Source: Gammaproteobacteria bacterium (lineage in GTDB: Bacteria; Pseudomonadota; Gammaproteobacteria; Thiohalospirales; Thiohalospiraceae). Taken from it: DNA of 50,015 bases. Shown one piece after another: positions 43,261 to 50,015 of this stretch (the first letter of the stretch is position 1; each line of letters opens with the position of its first letter). Made by a program: the position numbers and the translations under genes. The notes under the pieces were generated by a model. The model saw only the letters and a program-made list of their open reading frames with translations. It made no database searches and was not told where the DNA came from. Location: NCBI GenBank assembly GCA_015488495.1, contig WFNS01000294.1, forward strand, positions 1-50,015. Reading direction: 5' to 3'.

Positions 43261-45060
43261 ATGCGCACCCATTTTTGTGGAGAGATCCGGGCGACGGATA
43301 TCGGCAGCGAAATAACCCTGAGCGGTTGGGTTCACCGTCGGCGGGATCATGGCGGGGTCATTTTCATCGATTTGCGGGATCGGGAAGGGTTGATCCAGGT
43401 GGTGTTCGATCCCGATGCCGAAGAGGCCTTCGCCACGGCCGAGCGGGTGCGCAGCGAGTACGTACTGCGGGTCACCGGCAAGGTGCGGGCCCGTCCGGAA
43501 GGGACCGAGAACCCGGAGCTTCCCACCGGGGAGGTGGAGCTGCTGGGCCGGAAGCTGGAGATCCTCAACACCGCCGAGACGCCGCCGTTCCAGGTGGATG
43601 TCGAGGACCAGGAGGTATCCGAGGAGCTGCGCCTGCGCTACCGTTACATCGACCTGCGCCGCCCACAGATGCTGGAGCGGCTCAAGCTGCGCTCCGAGGT
43701 GGTGCGGGTGCTGCGCAACTTTCTCGATGACAACGGTTTCATGGATATCGAGACCCCCATGCTGACCCGCGCCACCCCGGAAGGGGCCCGAGATTACCTG
43801 GTGCCCAGCCGGACCCACCCCGGAAGCTTTTTCGCCTTGCCGCAGTCGCCGCAACTGTTCAAACAGCTGCTCATGATGTCCGGTCTGGAACGTTACTATC
43901 AGATCGTGCGCTGTTTCCGCGACGAGGATCTGCGTGCCGACCGTCAGCCGGAGTTCACCCAGCTGGACATCGAGACCTCCTTCATGGACGAGGAGCAGAT
44001 CATGGCGCTGATGGAGGGGATGATGCGCGGACTCTTTCGCCGCGTGCTGGGAGTGGAACTGCCGGATCCCTTCCCGCGTATCACCCATGCCGAGGCGATG
44101 CGCCGCTTTGCCTCCGACAAGCCGGATCTGCGTATCCCGCTGGAGCTGGTGGATGTGGCGGATCTGCTGGTGGACGTGGAATTCAAGGTCTTTTCAGGTC
44201 CTGCCAACGACCCGGCGGGGAGGGTAGCCGCCCTGCGTCTGCCCCAGGGGGGCAAGCTCTCCCGCAAGGAGATCGACGACTACACCCGATTCGTCGGGAT
44301 CTACGGGGCCAAGGGGCTCGCCTACATCAAGGTGAACGATCCCGCGAAGGGGCGGGAGGGACTGCAATCCCCCATCCTCAAGTTCCTGCCGGATGTGGCC
44401 ATCGACGGCATCATGAGCCGAACCGGAGCGGAAGCGGGTGATCTCATCTTCTTCGGCGCCGACAAGGCTGCGGTGGTCAACGAATCCCTTGGTGCGCTGC
44501 GGGTCCGTCTGGGACACGACTGCGGTCTGCTGGAGAAAGGGTGGCGGCCGCTGTGGGTGGTGGATTTCCCCATGTTCGAGTGGGACGAAAAGGAGCGGCG
44601 CTGGTATTCGTTGCACCATCCTTTCACCTCTCCCAAGGATGAGCACGTCGATCGATTGGAGAGCGATCCGGGTGCCTGCCACTCCCGCGCCTACGACATG
44701 GTGCTCAACGGGACCGAGCTGGGTGGCGGTTCGATGCGTATTTACCGTGCGGATGTCCAGCAGCGGGTGTTTCGTGCCTTGGGTATCGATGATCAGGAGG
44801 CGCAAGACAAGTTTGGCTTTCTGCTCGAAGCCCTCAAGTACGGCTGCCCGCCCCACGGCGGAGTGGCCTTTGGACTGGACCGGCTGGTGATGCTGATGTC
44901 CGATGCCCATTCCATCCGGGATGTGATGGCCTTTCCCAAGACCCAGAGTGCCGCCTGCCTGCTGACCCAGGCCCCCTCTCCGGTCAGCGACGCACAGTTG
45001 CGGGAGCTGGGGATCCGCCTGCGCAGGTCGGTGGCGAAAGAGAGCACAGGGGAGGGCTGA
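43261..45060 (+). CDS. aspS: Aspartate-tRNA ligase
   Basis: [40 protein letters not shown]... class II aaRS motifs ([25 protein letters not shown]). ATG at 43261. Confidence 0.96.
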   Translation: MRTHFCGEIRATDIGSEITLSGWVHRRRDHGGVIFIDLRDREGLIQVVFDPDAEEAFATAERVRSEYVLRVTGKVRARPEGTENPELPTGEVELLGRKLEILNTAETPPFQVDVEDQEVSEELRLRYRYIDLRRPQMLERLKLRSEVVRVLRNFLDDNGFMDIETPMLTRATPEGARDYLVPSRTHPGSFFALPQSPQLFKQLLMMSGLERYYQIVRCFRDEDLRADRQPEFTQLDIETSFMDEEQIMALMEGMMRGLFRRVLGVELPDPFPRITHAEAMRRFASDKPDLRIPLELVDVADLLVDVEFKVFSGPANDPAGRVAALRLPQGGKLSRKEIDDYTRFVGIYGAKGLAYIKVNDPAKGREGLQSPILKFLPDVAIDGIMSRTGAEAGDLIFFGADKAAVVNESLGALRVRLGHDCGLLEKGWRPLWVVDFPMFEWDEKERRWYSLHHPFTSPKDEHVDRLESDPGACHSRAYDMVLNGTELGGGSMRIYRADVQQRVFRALGIDDQEAQDKFGFLLEALKYGCPPHGGVAFGLDRLVMLMSDAHSIRDVMAFPKTQSAACLLTQAPSPVSDAQLRELGIRLRRSVAKESTGEG

Positions 45061-45068
45061 TCCTTCTG

Positions 45069-45828
45069 GTGGCGTCGCCCCGTTATCCGGAAAAGGTGGT
45101 CTCTGGCGGACAGACCGGCGCGGACAGGGCGGCGCTGGACGTGGCGCTGATGCTTGGTATCCCCCGTGGTGGCTGGTGCCCCAAGGGCCGGCTCGCCGAA
45201 GATGGTGTCATTCCACCGTACTATCCGCTGCGGGAGAGTGACTCCCGTGACTATGCGTATCGCACCCGTCTCAACGTGCGCGACAGTGATGGTACGTTGA
45301 TCCTCCATCGTGGCGTTCTGAACGGCGGAACCGCTCTCACTCTCCGCTGCGCACGGGATCTGGGCAGACCGGTGTTCGTCGTTGATCTGGAACACCCACC
45401 GGAGCTGAATACGGTGCACGCGTGGTTGCGCCGCCATCACATCTGGGTGTTCATTGCCCCGACAACCAAATATTTACACCTTCAGCCATCCTGTGTCCGT
45501 CTCTGGCAAGGCATCGAAACGCCGCTGTAGCCGGGTACTACAGCAAGTTTCGATAACGCCGTCCAGAGACGGACACAGGATGGCCGGCCATCGATTCTCA
45601 AACAGTTGGGACGCCGGGTCTGCGCCAGTTCTGCGTTGCAGCACTTGGAAATAGTCATCACTATTCCCTGCGCGCTGCGCCTTGACCTGACGCAGACCCG
45701 GCGTCCTGAAGGTGCAAATATTTGGTTGTCGGGGCAATAATGTCGCGGGGCCGCGGGAGAGCGGCTCCCCGGGGATTCATCGGGAAGCCGTGCGTTTTCT
45801 GGAGCAGCTACTGGGTCAGCCGAAATAG
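45069..45828 (+). pseudogene. YpsA/SLOG-like (putative molybdenum-carrier, PF12694-like) gene interrupted by element E3
   Basis: The 5' part at 45069-45452 encodes ...VVSGGQTGADRAALDVALMLGIPRGGWCPKGRLAEDG...HHIWVF. The 3' part at 45739-45828 encodes NVAGPRESGSPGIHREAVRFLEQLLGQPK* in a +1-shifted frame. Deleting 45453-45738 (286 nt) joins them in frame. As it stands, the frame runs into the element and stops at 45530. Confidence 0.75.
45453..45738 (-). mobile_element. Structured palindromic element copy E3 (286 bp; same orientation as E1; inserted in a coding sequence)
   Basis: 33-bp terminal inverted repeat (45453-45485 vs 45706-45738) with one mismatch. Hairpins at 45486-45583 (21-bp perfect stem) and 45610-45705 (15-bp perfect stem). 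Conserved core at 45633-45685 matches E1 15328-15380. Confidence 0.75.
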
Positions 45829-46397
45829 TCGGGCTCGTTACCGGGCTTCCACTTGATATTGCAGCCCAAGCTGGGTTTCTGCTCTTCGGGCACCGGCTTG
45901 CCGGCCAGCACCGCCTCCACCGCGGCGCGCAGATCCTTGCCGGTGACCGGTTCGTCGTTGCGCGGGCGGGCGTCGTCGAACTGGCCGCGATAGACCAGCT
46001 TGCGGTCGGCGTCGTAGAGAAAGAAGTCGGGGGTGCAGGCGGCGCGGTAGGCCTTGGCCACCGACTGGTCGGCATCGTAGAGATAGGGGAAGGTGTAACC
46101 CGCTTTCTTCACCTCTTCCACCATCTTCTCCGGACTGTCGTCCGGATAGTTGTCGGCGTCGTTGGCGTTGATACCCACCATGGCCAGCCCTTTCGGTTGA
46201 TACTCGCGGGCGAATTCGGCCAGCGCCTCCCGGATGTGGATCACATAGGGACAGTGGTTGCACATGAAGACCACCAGCAGGGCCGGTGCCTCCTTGAACT
46301 CTTCCAGAGAGCGGTATTTGCCGGTGGCCGGCTCCAGCAGCCGGAAATCGGGTGCCGGCGTACCCAGTTCCTGCATGGTGGATGGGGTTCTTACCAT
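45816..46397 (-). CDS. Thioredoxin-fold thiol-disulfide oxidoreductase (AhpC/TSA-redoxin family)
   Basis: 193 aa, ...LLVVFMCNHCPYVIH... CxxC-type motif. Follows the carboxylase genes on the same strand. The 3' end overlaps the 3' end of the SLOG-like gene by 13 nt (convergent). Confidence 0.8.
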   Translation of the reverse strand: MVRTPSTMQELGTPAPDFRLLEPATGKYRSLEEFKEAPALLVVFMCNHCPYVIHIREALAEFAREYQPKGLAMVGINANDADNYPDDSPEKMVEEVKKAGYTFPYLYDADQSVAKAYRAACTPDFFLYDADRKLVYRGQFDDARPRNDEPVTGKDLRAAVEAVLAGKPVPEEQKPSLGCNIKWKPGNEPDYFG

Positions 46398-46412
46398 AGG
46401 ATTGCCTTCTCC

Positions 46413-48227
46413 TCAGCTTTGCTCGATGACGATCAATGCCTCGTCGGGGTTGACACGGTCACCCTTGCCAACGTTGATCTGCCTGATTGTACCGGATATC
46501 GGTGCCTGGATCTCGGTCTCCATCTTCATCGCCTCGGTGATGAGCACCGGATCTCCCGCCTCCACCTGCTCTCCCTCCTGTACCAGTACCTCCACGATGG
46601 TGCCTGGCATGGAGGTGGTCACGTGCCCCGGTTCGGTGGCGCGGGGGCGTCCGGATTCGGTTTCCGCCGGCCGGGACTCCTCCCCTTCGGGCAGCCGGTC
46701 CAGGGTCTCCACCATCACCTCCTCGGGGATGCCGTCCACGGTGAGGAACAGGGGCCGGTGGTGGTCGGTACGGTGGCCTGCCCCGGTCACCTTGATGTGG
46801 TAGGTCTCTCCGTGCAGGGTGACGTTGAATTCGGTGGCCCGTGGCCGGCCCTCTTCATGGCTCGGTGGAGGCTGCAGCGGCTCCGGAACCAGGGTGCCGG
46901 CGGCGCGCTGTTCTAGGAACTCCCGGCCGATGTCGGGGAACATGGCGTAGGTGAGGAGATCCTCATCCGAGCGGGCCAGGTCACCGATCTCGGCCCGCAG
47001 GCGGTCCAGCTCCGGCGGCAGCAGATCGGCAGGGCGGCATTCGATCACCTCTTCGTTGCCGATGGCCATCTGCCGGACCACGGGGTTGACCCGGCCGGGC
47101 GGTTTGCCATAGCGCCCTTGCAGGTAGTATTTCACCTCGTTGGTGATGGTCTTGTAGCGCTCTCCGGTGAGCACGTTGAGCACCGCCTGGGTCCCTACGA
47201 TCTGGGAGGTGGGGGTGACCAGCGGGGGATAACCCAGATCCTCCCGTACCCGGGGAATTTCCGCCAGCACCTCGTTCATCCTCTCCAGCGCGCCCTGTTC
47301 GCGCAACTGGTTGGAGAGGTTGGAGATCATCCCCCCCGGCACCTGGTTGACCTGGACCCGGGTGTCCAGACCGGTGTATTCGCTCTCGAACTGCTGGTAC
47401 TTCTTGCGCACCTCCCGGAAATAGAAGCCGATCTCCTGCAGCAGCTCCAGATCCAGCCCCGTATCATAGGGCGTGCCGCGGAAGGCAGCCACCATGGACT
47501 CGGTGGCGGGATGGCTGGTGCCGCCGGAAAAGCTGGAGATGGCGGTGTCGATACCGAAGGCGCCGCTTTTCACCGCTTCGTAGTGGCAGATGGCGGCCAG
47601 GCCGGCGGTGTCGTGGGAGTGGATCTGCACCGGGACCTCCAGCCGTTCCGCCAGGGCGGCGGTCAGCTCGGCCGCGCGCGCAGGGGTGAGCAGGCCGGCC
47701 ATGTCCTTGATGGCCACGCTGTGACATCCCAACTCTTCCAGCTCCCGGCCCATCTTCACGAAGGCGGGGATGTCGTGTACCGGGCTGGTGGTGTAGCAGA
47801 TGGCCCCCTGGGCATGCTTGCCCGCCGCCTTCACCGCCTCGATGGCGGTGCGCATGTTGCGCACGTCGTTGAGGGCGTCGAAAATGCGGAACACGTCGAT
47901 GCCGTTGTCGGCCGCCCGTTGCACGAACAGCCGGACCACGTCGTCGGAGTAGTGGCGGTAGCCGAGCAGGTTCTGGCCTCGCAGCAGCATCTGCAGGCGG
48001 GTGTTGGGCAGCGCCTTGCGGAGCTGGCGCAGCCGCTCCCAGGGATCCTCCTTCAGGAAGCGGACGCAGGCGTCGAAGGTGGCTCCGCCCCACGCCTCCA
48101 GGGACCAGTAGCCCACCTTGTCCAGCCTGGGGCAGACGGGCAGCATGTCCTCGGTGCGCAGCCGGGTGGCAATCAGCGACTGGTGGGCGTCGCGCAGGAT
48201 GGTGTCGGTGATGCGGGTTCGGGGCAT
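46413..48227 (-). CDS. Biotin-dependent carboxylase, carboxyltransferase + biotinyl-carrier subunit (PycB / OadA / CfiA-B-type)
   Basis: 604 aa from MPRTRITDTILRDAHQSL... (HMGL-like carboxyltransferase). C-terminal biotinyl domain with EAMKME. ATG at 48227. Confidence 0.88.
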   Translation of the reverse strand: MPRTRITDTILRDAHQSLIATRLRTEDMLPVCPRLDKVGYWSLEAWGGATFDACVRFLKEDPWERLRQLRKALPNTRLQMLLRGQNLLGYRHYSDDVVRLFVQRAADNGIDVFRIFDALNDVRNMRTAIEAVKAAGKHAQGAICYTTSPVHDIPAFVKMGRELEELGCHSVAIKDMAGLLTPARAAELTAALAERLEVPVQIHSHDTAGLAAICHYEAVKSGAFGIDTAISSFSGGTSHPATESMVAAFRGTPYDTGLDLELLQEIGFYFREVRKKYQQFESEYTGLDTRVQVNQVPGGMISNLSNQLREQGALERMNEVLAEIPRVREDLGYPPLVTPTSQIVGTQAVLNVLTGERYKTITNEVKYYLQGRYGKPPGRVNPVVRQMAIGNEEVIECRPADLLPPELDRLRAEIGDLARSDEDLLTYAMFPDIGREFLEQRAAGTLVPEPLQPPPSHEEGRPRATEFNVTLHGETYHIKVTGAGHRTDHHRPLFLTVDGIPEEVMVETLDRLPEGEESRPAETESGRPRATEPGHVTTSMPGTIVEVLVQEGEQVEAGDPVLITEAMKMETEIQAPISGTIRQINVGKGDRVNPDEALIVIEQS

Positions 48228-48246
48228 GGTCTGTGGTTCCTGTCTG

Positions 48247-49665
48247 TCAGGCGGCGCCGCTGGCGGCGACGGCGGCCGCAATGGCGGTGGCGATCTCCCG
48301 GGCCGGGCGGCGGATGGAGTAGTCGATCAGCTCCGGGTGGGCCTCGACGAAGCCGGTGTCGAACCGTCCGCTGCGGAATTCGGGGGAACGCAGGATCTCC
48401 AGGTGATAGGGGATGGTGGTCTTCACGCCGTACACGCCGATGTCGTTCAGGGCCCGCGCCGCGCGGTTCAGTAGCTGCTCCCAGTCCAGCGCCCAGACGG
48501 TGAGCTTGGCGCACATGGAGTCGTAGTAGGGCGGGATCTGGTAACCGGTGTAGATGGCGCTGTCGGTGCGGACGCCGGGCCCTCCAGGGGCGAAGTAGCG
48601 GGTGATGCGGCCGAAACTGGGCAGAAAGTCGTTCTTCGGGTCCTCGGCATTGATGCGGAATTCCATGGCGTATCCCCTGCGCCGGATCTCCTCCTGCCGG
48701 TAGCGCAAGGGCAGCCCCGCGGCGATGCGGATCTGCTCCTGCACGATGTCGATTCCGGTGATGGCCTCGGTGATGGTGTGTTCCACCTGCAGACGGGTGT
48801 TCATCTCCATGAAGTAGAAGTTCTGCCGCCGGTCCATCAGAAACTCCACCGTACCCGCGTTGCGGTAGCCGACGGCGCTCGCCGCGCGTGCCGCCAGCTC
48901 GCCGATGTGGGCTCGCTGCTCGTCGCTGAGCTGCGGGGAGGGGGCGATCTCGATCAGTTTCTGGTGGCGGCGCTGGATGGAGCAGTCCCGCTCGAACAGG
49001 TGGGTCACCTGACCGTGGTTGTCGGCCAGGATCTGTACCTCGATATGGCGCGGGTTGTCGATGCACTTCTCCAGGAACAGCTCCGCGCTGCCGAATGCCT
49101 TGGTGGCCTCGGAGATGACTCGGTCATAGTTGCGGCGCAACTGTGTCTCGTTCTCGCACCGGCGGATGCCGCGCCCGCCACCTCCGGAGGTGGCCTTGAG
49201 CATCACTGGATAGCCCACCTCGGCGGCGATCTCCAGCGCCTCCTCCACACTTTCCAGGTTCCCTTCGCTGCCCGGAGTGACCGGGATTCCGGCCCGGATC
49301 ATGGCGCGGCGGGCCTCGATCTTGTCCCCCATGCGGCGGATCACCGCCTCGTCGGGACCGATGAAGGCGATGCCGCGGCGGCGGCAGGCACGGGCCAGCT
49401 CCGGACTCTCGGAGAGGAAGCCGTAACCGGGGTGGAGTGCGTCGCAACCGGCGGCGATGGCCAGGTTGACCAGCCGGTGGGCGTTGAGATAACCGGCCAC
49501 GCTCTCCGGACCGAGGCTGTAGGCCTCGTCTGCTTTCTTCACATGCAAGGCGTAGCGATCCGGTTCGGCATACACCGCCGCCGATCGGATACCCATCTCG
49601 GCGCAGGCGCGCACGATGCGGACGGCAATTTCACCCCGGTTGGCGATGAGGATTTTCTTGAACAT
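48247..49665 (-). CDS. Biotin carboxylase subunit (PycA / AccC-like)
   Basis: 472 aa, MFKKILIANRGEIAVRIVRACAEMGI... ATP-grasp biotin carboxylase. Immediately upstream of the carboxyltransferase subunit. Confidence 0.92.
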   Translation of the reverse strand: MFKKILIANRGEIAVRIVRACAEMGIRSAAVYAEPDRYALHVKKADEAYSLGPESVAGYLNAHRLVNLAIAAGCDALHPGYGFLSESPELARACRRRGIAFIGPDEAVIRRMGDKIEARRAMIRAGIPVTPGSEGNLESVEEALEIAAEVGYPVMLKATSGGGGRGIRRCENETQLRRNYDRVISEATKAFGSAELFLEKCIDNPRHIEVQILADNHGQVTHLFERDCSIQRRHQKLIEIAPSPQLSDEQRAHIGELAARAASAVGYRNAGTVEFLMDRRQNFYFMEMNTRLQVEHTITEAITGIDIVQEQIRIAAGLPLRYRQEEIRRRGYAMEFRINAEDPKNDFLPSFGRITRYFAPGGPGVRTDSAIYTGYQIPPYYDSMCAKLTVWALDWEQLLNRAARALNDIGVYGVKTTIPYHLEILRSPEFRSGRFDTGFVEAHPELIDYSIRRPAREIATAIAAAVAASGAA

Positions 49666-49783
49666 GGCGGCTGGAAGAAAAAATATTAGTCATGCCGAAT
49701 GTTCCCGGCTGCCGGCAATATCGCAGCGAAGCGGTATCGGTGTCAAGTCGTGTCTTCGGAGTTTGGTGTACAATGAAACAGCC

Positions 49784-50015
49784 ATGATTATCTATGATCT
49801 CCTCTGCAGACAGGGCCACGAATTCGAGGGGTGGTTCGACGATGCGCGGGATTACGAAGAGCAACATCGGGAGGGCATCCTCAAGTGTCCCGCCTGTGGC
49901 AGCTCCGAGGTACGCAAGGTTCCCAGCGCCAGCCATCTCAGCCTGAAGGAGAAGGGTGAGGGCAGGGGCCAGGGGCGCCGGCATCGGGAAGGTCTGCTCA
50001 AGCGGTTGTACGACC
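49784..50015 (+). CDS. DUF1178-family zinc-ribbon protein, 5' partial (runs off the window)
   Basis: Hand translation from ATG 49784 gives MIIYDLLCRQGHEFEGWFDDARDYEEQHREGILKCPACGSSEVRKVPSA... The frame is open to the window end. It is absent from the ORF track because no stop is reached. Confidence 0.65.
   Translation, partial: MIIYDLLCRQGHEFEGWFDDARDYEEQHREGILKCPACGSSEVRKVPSASHLSLKEKGEGRGQGRRHREGLLKRLYD

Noticed and set aside
45482-46263. ORFs 45482-46075 (197 aa) and 45838-46263 (141 aa) on the minus strand, overlapping the thioredoxin-fold gene and E3.
   Set aside because: These are alternative frames of a gene with a clear CxxC thioredoxin-fold product. Their translations are Pro/Arg/Ala-rich low complexity.

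Overview
GC-rich chromosome segment with gammaproteobacterial-type synteny; no rRNA, tRNA or CRISPR array was recognised. From 1 to 15.0 kb lies the 3' part of tuf and the complete S10-spc-alpha ribosomal protein superoperon (rpsJ through rplQ, including secY, rpmJ and rpoA). From 15 to 21 kb lie a nitroreductase gene bracketed by two inverted copies of a structured palindromic element, an orphan FliK-like gene, and the classical rhlB / trxA-rho neighbourhood. From 21 to 28.5 kb is an accessory-looking block: a DUF3135-like gene, an orphan CbbO/NorD-family VWA protein, and two paralogous secreted octaheme c-type cytochromes. From 28.5 to 50 kb the genes are mostly housekeeping: hslR, purD, purH, fis, dusB, a CorC/HlyC transporter, a YpjD-like protein, an isochorismatase-like hydrolase, a PCMT-like methyltransferase, thiC, a PsiE-like protein, an orphan response regulator, an SDR, an ABCB exporter, an FmdB zinc ribbon, aspS, a YpsA/SLOG-like gene, a thioredoxin-fold protein, a two-subunit biotin carboxylase and DUF1178. 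Two things deserve follow-up. (1) Each cytochrome carries two C-terminal beta-sandwich repeats and an identical Trp-rich tail, WWSIWSWWSSWSWARR. The tail is conserved at the amino-acid level despite synonymous divergence and looks like an undescribed C-terminal sorting or anchor signal. (2) A family of three 230-343 bp elements has copy-specific, near-perfect 28-34 bp terminal stems, covarying internal stems and a conserved core. All stem mismatches are G-U compatible on one strand only. One copy interrupts the YpsA/SLOG-like gene, and its exact removal restores the reading frame. All homology calls come from reading the translations by eye; no searches were run.
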